From contig JBFWYD010000031.1 in the NCBI GenBank assembly GCA_050186825.1, forward strand, positions 43,999 to 107,998: DNA of 64,000 bases, in the 5' to 3' direction. The DNA is from Planctomycetota bacterium (lineage in GTDB: Bacteria > Planctomycetota > J058). Below the pieces are notes generated by a model. It had not been told where the DNA came from and did not search any database. It saw only the letters and a list, made by a program, of their open reading frames with translations. This document shows positions 9,718-18,512 of this stretch, one piece after another. How positions within the stretch are numbered: the first letter of the stretch is position 1; each line of letters opens with the position of its first letter. A program made the translations under genes and the position numbers.

Positions 9718-10130
9718 CCCTTCGCGTTCCTCCGCGTCTTTCCCGGCCTCACTACACCGAGGGCCCCTTCGCGTTCCTCCGCGTCTTTCCCGGCCTCACT
9801 CCACCGCACGAGGCTTCGCGACTCTGCGCCTTTGCGCCTTTGCGTTGAACGAACCGCGCTGGCAGCTCCTTGACCCCTCCGCCTTCCAGAGCACGCCCGC
9901 GAATCCGGCGGGCCGCGCACCACGACGGCAGGGTCCCGGCTGCGATTCCGATTCGCGGGCGCGCGGCGGGAGGCGAAGGACCAGGAGCTGCGACGGCGGT
10001 TCATTCAACGCAAAGGCGCGAAGGCGCAGAGGCGCGAAGAGGTCGTGGAACTTCGAGGGCGGGAAAGGAACGAAGACCGCGAAGCTCGCGATCGACTTCG
10101 AGGGCGGGAAAGGCACGAAGAACGCGAAGG
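9718..10130. repeat. Imperfect large palindrome: two direct 36-bp repeats (9718-9753, 9765-9800), an 18-bp inverted pair (9836-9853 / 10000-10017), and two inverted-orientation 34-bp repeats (10051-10084, 10096-10130)
   Basis: cccttcgcgttcctccgcgtctttcccggcctcact occurs twice. cttcgagggcgggaaaggaacgaagaccgcgaag occurs twice and is ~70% identical to the reverse complement of the first repeat. gcctttgcgttgaacgaa pairs with ttcattcaacgcaaaggc. The symmetry centre is near 9920. Confidence 0.75.
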
Positions 10131-10185
10131 TCGGGTCGTGGGTCGCCTCGGTCGAGATAGGCGGACTCGGACCCGACCTCGGTCC

Positions 10186-11970
10186 CTACTCCTTCTCCCC
10201 CTGACGCAGCACCAGGCAGCGGTCCACGGGCACGTCCTCGAGGACCGTGCGCCGCAGCTCGCGGCTCGGCCAGAGGACCTCCAGGCGGTCGACCTTGGTC
10301 GCAGCGCCCAGGCCGAAGGCGGCCTCGCGGGCGTCGACGTGGCCGGCGTGGCCGCGGGCGCCCACGACCTCGCGCAGGTAGCGGCGACCGCCGGCCCACA
10401 CCGTGACGCGCGCGCCGTAGGCCTCGGGGCTGGCGCCGCCGCGGGCCGCGCCCGCGCCCACCAGGCGCACGTTCAGCCAGCGGCGCTGGCTGCCGACCTG
10501 GTTCTCGAACAGGGCGGGGCGGAGCACGCGGCCCTGGCGGCGCTCGGCGGGGAGGCGGTTGTTGCTGTTGCCGACCAGGATGTCGACGTCGCCGTCCTTG
10601 TCGTAGTCCGCGAGGCTGAGCGCGGTGCAGTTGTCCCACGCGAGCCCCGCCGGGCCGGTCACGTCCACGAAGTGCCCGGGGCGGTCCTGGCGGAACAGCC
10701 GCGCCCTGTTGTCGTCGGGGTACTCGCCCGAGGCCACGATCAGGTCCTGCCAGCCGTCGTTGTCCACGTCGGCGAAGCCCGCGAACAGGTCGCCCTGGTT
10801 CCAGCTCGGCGTGACGTGCTGGCGCGCGCACACCGCCTCGTCGCGGCGGAAGCGCAGCGGCGGTCCCTCGTTCCAGAGCAGGCTCGAGCGGTCGCTCGAG
10901 GGCCCGGCCCAGGCGTGGGTGATCTCGCCCAGGAACACGTCCACGCGCCCGTCGTTGTCCACGTCCGCGGCCGGGGCGTCGAAGGTGTTGCCGTTGGCCC
11001 GGAAGGGGAGCTCGTCGGGGCGCTCCTGGCCGTAGCGCCGCCGGAACATCTCCTTGATCTCCTTGCTGTAGGTGCCGCTCTCGTCCTGGTCGCCCGCGAA
11101 GCCGGTCTCGGTGCCGACCTCGCGGAAGGTGCCGTCGCCCTGGTTCAGGTAGAGCAGGTTGCGCTGCCGGCCGTAGGCGCAGAGCAGGACCTCGGCGCGG
11201 CCGTCGCCGTCGAGGTCGGCGAAGGCGACCCCGAAGATCGGGCGCCGGCTGTCGAGCCGGCCGGGCTCGGGGCGGAGCGCGAGGCCCGCCTCGCGGGTCA
11301 CCTCGCGGAAGCTGCCCCGGGGGCCGCCCGCGAGCAGGCGGACCGGGTAGGCCTCGAGCTCGGCGCCGCCCGCCTTGTAGGTCGAGCCCAGGACCAGGTC
11401 CAGCCGCCCGTCGTGGTCGCGGTCGAAGAGCCCGCCCGCGACCACGGGCTCGGGCTCGAGCGGCAGCGGGCGCAGGTCGGGCTGGAAGCGGAGGGGCCCG
11501 GTCTGCCAGTGGACCCGCGCGCGCGGGGCGGGGGCCTTGCGCTTGGGGTCGCTGGGGTCGTCGGCCCAGATCACCAGCGCGTCCTGGTCGCCGTCCTGGT
11601 CGAGGTCCGCGAACAGCGTCAGCGCGGGGGTCGGGGCGTCTGGCGCGATCCCGAGCGCGTCCGGGACCTCGACGAAGCGGCGGCCCCCGCCAGGCGCGGG
11701 GACGTTCCGGAACAGGCGCCGGTTCGCGAGCATCACGTCCGGCCAGGTGTCGCCGTCGACGTCCACGAAGCAGCAGCGGTGCGCGAACAGCTCGGCGGGC
11801 AGCCCGCGCTCGCGCGCCACCTCCCGAAACCAGGGGGACTGCTCCTGGGGCTGGCCCTGGGGCTGGGGGGCGTCCTCGGCGCGCGCCGCGCCGCCGCTGG
11901 AGGCCAGGATTAGGAGCGTGGCCGCGGCCAGGAGCGCCAGCGCCCGCGCAGCTCGAGACGGGGTCGTCAC
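10186..11970 (-). CDS. CRTAC1-family protein (FG-GAP/VCBS repeats, C-terminal ASPIC/UnbV domain), secreted
   Basis: Signal peptide MTTPSRAARALALLAAATLLILASS. Repeated DxDGDGxxD FG-GAP motifs. The C-terminal stretch RVTVWAGGRRYLREVVGARGHAGHVDAREAAFGLGAATKVDRLEVLWPS matches UnbV_ASPIC. Confidence 0.85.
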   Translation of the reverse strand: MTTPSRAARALALLAAATLLILASSGGAARAEDAPQPQGQPQEQSPWFREVARERGLPAELFAHRCCFVDVDGDTWPDVMLANRRLFRNVPAPGGGRRFVEVPDALGIAPDAPTPALTLFADLDQDGDQDALVIWADDPSDPKRKAPAPRARVHWQTGPLRFQPDLRPLPLEPEPVVAGGLFDRDHDGRLDLVLGSTYKAGGAELEAYPVRLLAGGPRGSFREVTREAGLALRPEPGRLDSRRPIFGVAFADLDGDGRAEVLLCAYGRQRNLLYLNQGDGTFREVGTETGFAGDQDESGTYSKEIKEMFRRRYGQERPDELPFRANGNTFDAPAADVDNDGRVDVFLGEITHAWAGPSSDRSSLLWNEGPPLRFRRDEAVCARQHVTPSWNQGDLFAGFADVDNDGWQDLIVASGEYPDDNRARLFRQDRPGHFVDVTGPAGLAWDNCTALSLADYDKDGDVDILVGNSNNRLPAERRQGRVLRPALFENQVGSQRRWLNVRLVGAGAARGGASPEAYGARVTVWAGGRRYLREVVGARGHAGHVDAREAAFGLGAATKVDRLEVLWPSRELRRTVLEDVPVDRCLVLRQGEKE

Positions 11971-14900
11971 CGCGAGTCCTCCGGGGCGGGCGCCGAGAGC
12001 GCCACGCGGAAGCCCTGGTCCGGCGAACGGCGCGCGACGCCGAAGCCCGCCCGGGTGTAGCTCTGGAAGGCGAAGTGGATCTCGCGCGCCCAGTCGCCCC
12101 CGCGCATCACGGCCTGCGGCTCCTTGGGGTCGCGTGGGACCGGGTTGCTGTAGTCCACGAGCTCACCCGCGGGCCAGGGGGCGAACAGGTCCGCGGTGAT
12201 CTCGGTCAGGTTGCCCGCCATGTTCAGGCAGCCGAAGGGCGAGGCGCCCTCGGGGAAGGCGTCGATGGGCGCGGTGAAGCGATACCCGTCCTCGGGGTCG
12301 TAGCGGTTGAGCAGCCGCGAGCTGGGCGGCGTGGGGCCCCAGGGATAGGCGCGCCCGTCCGGCCCGCGCGCCGCGTACTCCCACTCGAGCTCGCTCGGGA
12401 GCCGCAGCCCGGCCCACTCGCAGTAGGCGCGCGCGTCCTCCTGCGAGACCCCGTGCACCGGGTCCCGATCGCCGGCCGCCGCCTTCGACTTGGGGTCCGA
12501 CTCGGTGAGCATCCGGCCGGGCACCTCCGAGGGCGTGACCTTGATCGCGAAGCGGCGCGAGAGCTTGGCCCGCTTGGCCTCGACGCAGAAGCGGTCGAAC
12601 TGGGCCCAGCTCAGCTCGTACTTGCCGACGAAGTAGCCGCGCGTCAGCCGCGCCGGCCGGGGCGGCGGCACGTCCCAGTTGTCCACCGAGTTGGCGCCGG
12701 GGTTGAAGAAGGGGTCCGGCGGACCGCCCGCGGTGAAGCGCCCGGGCGGGACGTAGACGAACACGCTGCCGTCGCGCTCCCACACGTATTCGCGCGGCCG
12801 CTCGGGGTCGGGGCGCAGCCCCGGCGGCAGCGGCGGGCGCGGGTCGAGGCGCAGGTACCAGCCGGGGAGCTCGCCCACACAGCGAACGCGCACGGTGGCG
12901 GTCCCCTCCTGGCCGAGGGTGTCCGTGGCGTGGACCTCGAGCGTCTGCTCGCCGGGCTGGATCGCCACCCGGAGCGCGAAGCTCCCGTCGGCGCGGGTCG
13001 GCTCCGTCTCGTTGCCGGCGCCGCCCGCGACCCACACCTGGAGCCGCCCCGAGCCGGTGGTCCGACCGCGCACGGTCACGCGGGGCCCGCGCACCTCCGC
13101 GCCGTCGGCTGGGGCCTCGATCACGATCACCGGCGGGCGCCCCAGCCGGGCGCCCTCCCGGGGGGCGCGCGCCAGCGGGCCGAGGATGGCGACCGTCGCG
13201 GTCAGGAAGCCCAGCGCCAGCGCGGGCGCGACCAGCCAGCGCGCGCGCTGCAGCGCGCGCGACACCGGGCCGATCGGCCGCGCCTCGGTGGGCTCGCCGC
13301 GCTGCGCGCGCGCGAGGTCGCTCGCCAGGGCGTTGGCGTCGGGGTAGCGGTCCTCCGGCCGCGCCGAGAGCGCCTTGAGGCAGATCGCCTCGAGCTCGCG
13401 CGAGATCGTGCGGTCCAGCGCGCGCGGCCGGGTGGGCCTGGCCTCCTGGATCTGGTGGAAGAGCTGGAAGGCCGAGGCGCCGCGGAAGGGGCGTTCGCCC
13501 GTGAGCACCTCGTAGAGCACCACGCCCAGGGCCCACACGTCGGTGGCGGGCCCCTGGCGCTCGCGATCGCCGGTCACCTGCTCCGGCGCCATGTAGGCGG
13601 GCGTCCCCAGCTGGGTCCCGGTCTGCGTGAGCCGCTCGAGGTTCGCGGACGAGGCGAGCCCGAAGTCTGTGACCCGTACGCGCCCGGCGCCGTCGACGAG
13701 CAGGTTGTCCGGCTTCAGGTCGCGGTGCACCACGCCGCGCTCGTGCGCGTAGCCGAGCGCCTCGGCCGCCTGCCTCACGAGCTGCAGCCGCGAGGCGGGG
13801 GGGCGGTCGCGCGCCGCGCTGAGCAGGTCACGCGCACCCTCGACCAGCTCCATGACCAGGTAGAGGCCGTCCACGCCCTCGCTCCCGGCCTCGAGCACGT
13901 GCACGATCCCCTGGTGGCGCAGGCTGGCGGCGAGCTCGCCCTCGCGGCGAAAGCGCGCCTGGGCGGTGGGGCTGGGGGTGGAGAGCAGGATGCGCTTGAT
14001 CGCGACCTCGCGGCCCGTGGCCGCCTCGACGCCGCGGAACACCGCGCCCATCCCGCCGCGCCCGATCTCCTCGACCAGACGGTAGGCCCCCAGGCCCTGG
14101 CCACGCGGAGGCGAGGCGGCGGGCCGCGCGCCGCCGCCGTCCTCGTCCCAGCGCGTGCCCTCGTCGATCGCGCTCTCCGCGCCATTCCCAGGACCGCCCC
14201 CAGGAGTCCCAGGACCCTTCCGCGCCGGCGAGGCCCGCGAGCCCTCGGCGCGCGTGGCCTTGGCGTCGTCCTCGTCGTCGTCGTCGAAGGTCGTCTCACT
14301 CGCGGCGTTCTGCCGCCCGCCCGGACCCGCGTAGGCCGGGATCCCCTCTTGGTCCTCGGCGTCCCAGAGCGTGGCCTCGCCGGCGTCCGACTGGTCCGCT
14401 GGGCCCTGCGCCGCGCGCCGCCGCTGCTGGGGCGGCGGCGTCGGGGCGGAGCTCGGCGGCGGCGGCGCCGGCGGCTCGTCCTCGTCCTCGCCCCCCACGT
14501 CCCAGTGGGTCCGCTCGGCCTCCTCCTGCCCCTCGCCGCCCACGTCCCAGTAGGTGCGCTCGGCGGCGTCCTGGCTGGCGGGCCCCGAAGACCCCGACCT
14601 GGAGCTCGCCCCAGGACCCGACGACTCCGCGCCCGCGCCTGCGCTGTCCGCCGCGAGGGCCGGTTGATCCCACGAGGTCGTCGCGTTCGCGTCCTCGGCG
14701 GGGGCCGCCGGGGTCGTCGGCGCGCCCCAGGAGGTCTTGGCGTTGGGGTCGGGGGCCTCCTCCAGCGAGGTCTTGCTCGGGTCGAAGGGCGGCGGGGTCG
14801 GGCCGGGACCGCCGACCGCGGTCTCGCCGCCGCGCTCGTCGACGCTCGTCCCGCCCTCGTCGACGCTCGTCCCGCCCTCGTCGATGACCGTCGAGCCCCC

Positions 14901-15290
14901 GCGCCCGTCCTCGACGACGCTCGAGCCCCCGCCGGCATCGACCACGGTCGTGCCGCCGCGATCGTCGGGCTGGGCGTCGGGTTGGGCGTCGGGCTGGGCC
15001 TCGGGCTGGGCCTCGGGCCGTGTTGGGTCGAGCACCTCCACGAAGCGCAGGGTGGTCCCGCCCGAGACGCGGGGCTCCGCGTCGGGCGGCGGGAGCACGG
15101 CGCCGAAGCGCTGGGTGGTGACCCCGGCGGAGAGCACGACCTCGGCGATCGACTCCTCGCTCACCCAGCCGCGCTCGACCAGGGCCTGCCGCAGGCCGCC
15201 CGGACGCAGCTCGCCGAGGAGGCTGGCCAGCTGGCCCGCGCTGACGAGCTTGCGAGACAGGAGCTGCTTGGCCAGGGCCGCGTCGTCCAC
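11967..15290 (-). CDS. Ser/Thr protein kinase fused to a C-terminal formylglycine-generating-enzyme (FGE-sulfatase/SUMF1) domain; N-terminal MshEN-like segment
   Basis: Kinase motifs GRGGMGAVF, VAIK, HRDLKPDNLL, DFGLA and TPAYMAPE, followed by a TM helix. FGE domain motifs GVSQEDARAYCEWAGLRLPSELEWEYAARG...RGGDW. GTG start. There is a 4-nt overlap with the downstream CRTAC1 gene. The long antisense ORF 12075-15764 is rejected. Confidence 0.9.
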   Translation of the reverse strand: MDDAALAKQLLSRKLVSAGQLASLLGELRPGGLRQALVERGWVSEESIAEVVLSAGVTTQRFGAVLPPPDAEPRVSGGTTLRFVEVLDPTRPEAQPEAQPDAQPDAQPDDRGGTTVVDAGGGSSVVEDGRGGSTVIDEGGTSVDEGGTSVDERGGETAVGGPGPTPPPFDPSKTSLEEAPDPNAKTSWGAPTTPAAPAEDANATTSWDQPALAADSAGAGAESSGPGASSRSGSSGPASQDAAERTYWDVGGEGQEEAERTHWDVGGEDEDEPPAPPPPSSAPTPPPQQRRRAAQGPADQSDAGEATLWDAEDQEGIPAYAGPGGRQNAASETTFDDDDEDDAKATRAEGSRASPARKGPGTPGGGPGNGAESAIDEGTRWDEDGGGARPAASPPRGQGLGAYRLVEEIGRGGMGAVFRGVEAATGREVAIKRILLSTPSPTAQARFRREGELAASLRHQGIVHVLEAGSEGVDGLYLVMELVEGARDLLSAARDRPPASRLQLVRQAAEALGYAHERGVVHRDLKPDNLLVDGAGRVRVTDFGLASSANLERLTQTGTQLGTPAYMAPEQVTGDRERQGPATDVWALGVVLYEVLTGERPFRGASAFQLFHQIQEARPTRPRALDRTISRELEAICLKALSARPEDRYPDANALASDLARAQRGEPTEARPIGPVSRALQRARWLVAPALALGFLTATVAILGPLARAPREGARLGRPPVIVIEAPADGAEVRGPRVTVRGRTTGSGRLQVWVAGGAGNETEPTRADGSFALRVAIQPGEQTLEVHATDTLGQEGTATVRVRCVGELPGWYLRLDPRPPLPPGLRPDPERPREYVWERDGSVFVYVPPGRFTAGGPPDPFFNPGANSVDNWDVPPPRPARLTRGYFVGKYELSWAQFDRFCVEAKRAKLSRRFAIKVTPSEVPGRMLTESDPKSKAAAGDRDPVHGVSQEDARAYCEWAGLRLPSELEWEYAARGPDGRAYPWGPTPPSSRLLNRYDPEDGYRFTAPIDAFPEGASPFGCLNMAGNLTEITADLFAPWPAGELVDYSNPVPRDPKEPQAVMRGGDWAREIHFAFQSYTRAGFGVARRSPDQGFRVALSAPAPEDSR

Positions 15291-15363
15291 CGAGGACAGG
15301 TTAGTCTCGCGCCCGGCCGATGGGTGCGCGAGGGTGCGCCCTTCTGCGCCGAGGGGGTGGGAG

Positions 15364-15711
15364 ATGGCCGAGAACGAACCGGTCGAGCCCGTGGGCGTCG
15401 AGCTCCAGGACTCGCGCGGGCGGCTGCTCGTGCGCTGGAGCGACGGGGCCGAGACCAGCGCGCCCTATCGCGAGCTGCGCCTGGCCTGCCGCTGCGCCCT
15501 GTGCGTCGACGAGCTGAGCGGCGCGCCGCTCCTGGACCCGAACACGGTGCCCGCGGGCGTGGGCGTCAGCGGCTGCGAGGAGGTCGGCCTCTACGGGCTG
15601 CGCATCGCGTGGGACGACGGGCACAGCACCGGGATCTACACCTGGCGCCGGCTGCGAGCGCTGGCCGGCGCGCCCCAGGCCGGAGGTCCCCAGGAGGGCA
15701 CCCGTGGCTGA
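15364..15711 (+). CDS. DUF971 (gamma-butyrobetaine hydroxylase-like N-terminal) domain protein
   Basis: MAENEPVEPVGVELQDSRGRLLVRWSDGAETSAPYRELRLACRCALC... matches the DUF971 pattern. The ATG at 15364 is in frame with ORF 14737-15711, whose 5' part is antisense to the kinase. Confidence 0.7.
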   Translation: MAENEPVEPVGVELQDSRGRLLVRWSDGAETSAPYRELRLACRCALCVDELSGAPLLDPNTVPAGVGVSGCEEVGLYGLRIAWDDGHSTGIYTWRRLRALAGAPQAGGPQEGTRG

Positions 15712-16528
15712 GCTCCCCGTTGCCGAGGTCCGCGCCGAGCGCGACGGCGCGGCGCTGCGCCTGATCCTCGACGCGCAGGAGCGCGGCAACTCGCTCGACG
15801 CGGCCATGCTCGCCCGCCTGGCCGAGCTCCTGGGCGAGGCCGCGGCCGACCCCGAGGTGCGCGTGGTCGTGCTCGAGGGCGCGGGCACGCGCAGCTTCTC
15901 GACCGGATACCACGTGCCCTCGCTCCTGGCGGAGCTGGAGCGCGGGCCGAGCGTGAGCGACTTCGAGGACCACCCCCTCGAGCGGGCGCTGCGCGCGCTC
16001 GAGGCCCTCCCCCAGCCGAGCGTGGCCGTGGTCCGCGGCAACGCCTACGGCGCCGGCTGCGAGCTGGCCCTGGCCACCGACCTCCGGCTGGCGGCGCGCG
16101 ACGCGCGCTTCTGCATGCCGCCGGCGCGCCTGGGCGTGCTCTACAGCGCCACCGGCACCCGGCGGCTGCTCGAGCTGGTCGGCCCCGCGCTGACCCGCGA
16201 GCTCCTGTTCACGGCCTGTGTGGTCGACGCGGAGCGCGCGCTCGCGATCGGCCTCGTGAACCGCCTGGCCGCGCCCGAGGCCCTCGACGGCGCCGCGCGC
16301 GGCCTGATCGGGGAGATCGAGGCCAACGCGCCGCTCTCGCTCCGCCACCACAAGACGATCCTCAGCCGCTTCCTGGCCGCGGCCCCCCTCGACCAGCAGA
16401 CCCTGACCGAGGTCGCTCAGCTGCGCGAGGAGTGCTTTCGCTCGCCCGAGTTCGCGCGCCGAGCCGCGCGCCTGGCCGGCCGCGGCGGCCCGCCGCGCGA
16501 GCCCGAGAGCGGCGGCAGGTCGGCCTGA
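15704..16528 (+). CDS. Enoyl-CoA hydratase/isomerase (crotonase) family protein
   Basis: Crotonase motifs VVVLEGAGTRSFSTG and AVVRGNAYGAGCELALATDLRLAARDARF. GTG start overlaps the DUF971 stop, indicating translational coupling. Confidence 0.85.
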   Translation: MAELPVAEVRAERDGAALRLILDAQERGNSLDAAMLARLAELLGEAAADPEVRVVVLEGAGTRSFSTGYHVPSLLAELERGPSVSDFEDHPLERALRALEALPQPSVAVVRGNAYGAGCELALATDLRLAARDARFCMPPARLGVLYSATGTRRLLELVGPALTRELLFTACVVDAERALAIGLVNRLAAPEALDGAARGLIGEIEANAPLSLRHHKTILSRFLAAAPLDQQTLTEVAQLREECFRSPEFARRAARLAGRGGPPREPESGGRSA

Positions 16529-16605
16529 GCGGGCCCGCGCCCGCCCGCCTCGTCTCGGACCACGAGGGCTGGGATCCCCCCCGGGGCAGGGGATAGACTG
16601 CGCGC

Positions 16606-17184
16606 GTGATCCACTTCCGCTGCGGGGGCTGCAACCAGCTCATGTCCGTGCGTCCCGAGTTCGCGGGACGCTCGGGCAACTGCCCGAGCTGCGGCCGGCC
16701 CTTCGTGACCCCGCCGTCCTCGACGGCGGACCCGATGGCCACGGCCCCGCCCACCAACCTGCACGGCGTGTCGCGCGGGGCGTCGCCCCCGCCCCAGGCC
16801 CTGACGACTCAGCCCCTGGCCGCGCCGCCCCCGCCGGCGCCGCTGCCCACGTCCACGGGCCGCGTGGCCGCCGTGGCCGCGGCGCGCGCCAGCCTCGAGG
16901 TGGTGCACGGTCCGGGCGGCTTTCAGGGCAAGACCCTCTCGCTCGACCTCAGCAAGCCGATCGTGCTCGGGCGCGACCCGAGCGCCGACCTTCGCATCCC
17001 GAGCGAGCGGGTCAGCCGCCGCCACTGCCAGCTCCAGGCCTCGCCCCAGGGGACGGTGCTGGTGGACCTCGGCTCGAGCAACGGGACCCTGATCAACCAG
17101 GTCCGCGTCAACGGCTCGCAGCTGCTCCAGGCCGGCGACTACATCCAGACGGGCGACTGCCTGTTCCGCTACTCCCCTTCCTGA
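16606..17184 (+). CDS. Zinc-ribbon + FHA-domain protein
   Basis: N-terminal CGGCNQLMSV...NCPSCG is a zinc ribbon. C-terminal FHA motifs are PIVLGRDPSADLRIPSERVSRRHCQLQ...LVDLGSSNGTLINQVRV. Confidence 0.75.
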   Translation: MIHFRCGGCNQLMSVRPEFAGRSGNCPSCGRPFVTPPSSTADPMATAPPTNLHGVSRGASPPPQALTTQPLAAPPPPAPLPTSTGRVAAVAAARASLEVVHGPGGFQGKTLSLDLSKPIVLGRDPSADLRIPSERVSRRHCQLQASPQGTVLVDLGSSNGTLINQVRVNGSQLLQAGDYIQTGDCLFRYSPS

Positions 17185-17981
17185 GGCCGCGCCTGGCCGC
17201 CCTGGGCCTGGCCGCCCTGGGCCTGGCCCCCGGGGGGGGCGGCGCTGCCCCCCTTGCCCGGCCAAAGGAACTTCAGGAGCTCGGTGACCACGAAGCGGGC
17301 CGCGTCCGGGTCGCGCCACCAGGTCTCGACCTCGGGCGCGGGCGCAGGGCAGGACACGACCTCGAAGTCGTCGCCAGCCTGCGCGCGGAACAGCCGCGCG
17401 GCGCGGCGCGAGTGCCAGGCGGAGGTCACGAGCAGCACCACGGGGCGGCGCTCGCCCACAGGCGCGAGCCGGGCCCGCAGCAGCGCCAGGCTCAGCTCGG
17501 CGTCCTCGGCCGTGGTGGTGGAGCGGTCCTCGCGTAGCACGCGCCCCGCGGGCACGCCGCGGGACTGGGCGCGCGCGGCCATCACCTCGGCCCAGGTCAG
17601 CTCGCCGTAGAGCTGGCCGCCCGCGACCACGAAGGGGCCGTCTGGGACCCACCCGGCCCGGAACAGGGCCGCAGCCGCATCGACGCGGCCGCCGTGGTGG
17701 TCGCCTCCGAGCACGACGAGCGCGTCCGCGCGCCGCGGCGCCTGCACCTCGATCAACAGCAAGCCCGGCGCGGCCCGCAGCAGGCCCGGGAGGGCGACGA
17801 GCAGCAGGAGGGCCAGCCCGCCGCAGCCGAGCGCCAGGCGCCGGCGCCGGCTGGCCGGGGCCGGCGCGCCGGCTGGCGCCGGGGCAGGCCCAGGGATGGG
17901 CTGGGTCTGGGGCTGGGTCTGGGGCTGGGTCTGGGGCTGGTCGTCCACCTCGGCGCCGAATGATACGCCGACCCGCGGCAC
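17169..17981 (-). CDS. DUF218 / YdcF-ElyC-SanA family membrane protein (start uncertain)
   Basis: DUF218 core ALVVLGGDHHGGRVDAAAALFRAGWV...VVLLVTSAWHSRRAARLF. (QPQT)4 is encoded by a 12-nt repeat near the N-terminus. The N-terminal 150 aa of the ORF-track frame (to 18482) is antisense to the FHA gene and is rejected. Candidate GTG starts are at 17981 and 17951. Confidence 0.6.
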   Translation of the reverse strand: MPRVGVSFGAEVDDQPQTQPQTQPQTQPIPGPAPAPAGAPAPASRRRRLALGCGGLALLLLVALPGLLRAAPGLLLIEVQAPRRADALVVLGGDHHGGRVDAAAALFRAGWVPDGPFVVAGGQLYGELTWAEVMAARAQSRGVPAGRVLREDRSTTTAEDAELSLALLRARLAPVGERRPVVLLVTSAWHSRRAARLFRAQAGDDFEVVSCPAPAPEVETWWRDPDAARFVVTELLKFLWPGKGGSAAPPGGQAQGGQAQGGQARPQEGE

Positions 17982-18023
17982 GCCCGCCTTGTCTCCCCGG
18001 CCCCGGCGCGCGATCCTGAGCGA

Positions 18024-18512
18024 GTGGCGCTGACGCTCGCGAGCTACATCAAGGACGGCAACACCCTCGACCCCGAGGCCTTCCGCGCGCGGCATCCGCA
18101 CCACGTGCTCGTGGTCGAGCCCTTCGCGGTGGAGGAGGAGCCGGAGCTCTCGACCTCGGCCGGCGGCGACTTCGCGGGCGGCCTGCCGATGGTCTACCCG
18201 ATCGCGCGCCAGGACTCCCACGCCCTCGGCGACCGGGTCACGATCGGGCGCACGGGGAACAACGACATCCACATCAACGCGCCGGACGTCTCGAAGTACC
18301 ACGCCTACCTGGTGCGCGAGGGGGACACCTTCAGCTACGTGGACGCCGACTCCAAGTTCGGCTCGTGGGTCAACGACGCGCCGGTGGCCGCGGGGGAGCG
18401 CGTGCGCCTGAGCAGCGGCGACCGGCTGCGGATCGCCTCGGTCAAGGCCACGATCTTCGACCCCGAGGGCTTCCAGGTCCACGTGTGCCGCGGGCGCGGG
18501 CAGCGCGCGTGA
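18024..18512 (+). CDS. FHA-domain protein
   Basis: FHA motifs DRVTIGRTGNNDIHINAPDVSKYHAYLVREGDTFSYVDADSKFGSWVN. GTG start. Its stop overlaps the next gene's start (GTGA). Confidence 0.7.
   Translation: MALTLASYIKDGNTLDPEAFRARHPHHVLVVEPFAVEEEPELSTSAGGDFAGGLPMVYPIARQDSHALGDRVTIGRTGNNDIHINAPDVSKYHAYLVREGDTFSYVDADSKFGSWVNDAPVAAGERVRLSSGDRLRIASVKATIFDPEGFQVHVCRGRGQRA

Noticed and set aside
9071-10004. ORFs 9071-9712(-), 9303-9848(+) and 9309-10004(-) reading through the GACTCG microsatellite (SESE..., DSDS..., RVRV... repeats)
   Set aside because: Open frames are expected in any hexanucleotide repeat without stop codons. They have no credible start or RBS and no signal peptide, and the flanking translated sequence is nonsense. 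I keep a small caveat that an SD-repeat peptide cannot be excluded without expression data.
9000-10200. Possible CRISPR array
   Set aside because: The repeats are contiguous microsatellites and palindromes. There are no regularly spaced unique spacers of 25-40 bp, and no cas genes are nearby.
12075-15764. 1229-aa + strand ORF
   Set aside because: Antisense to the kinase-FGE gene, and low-complexity. Only its last ~115 codons, from ATG 15364, are a real gene (DUF971).
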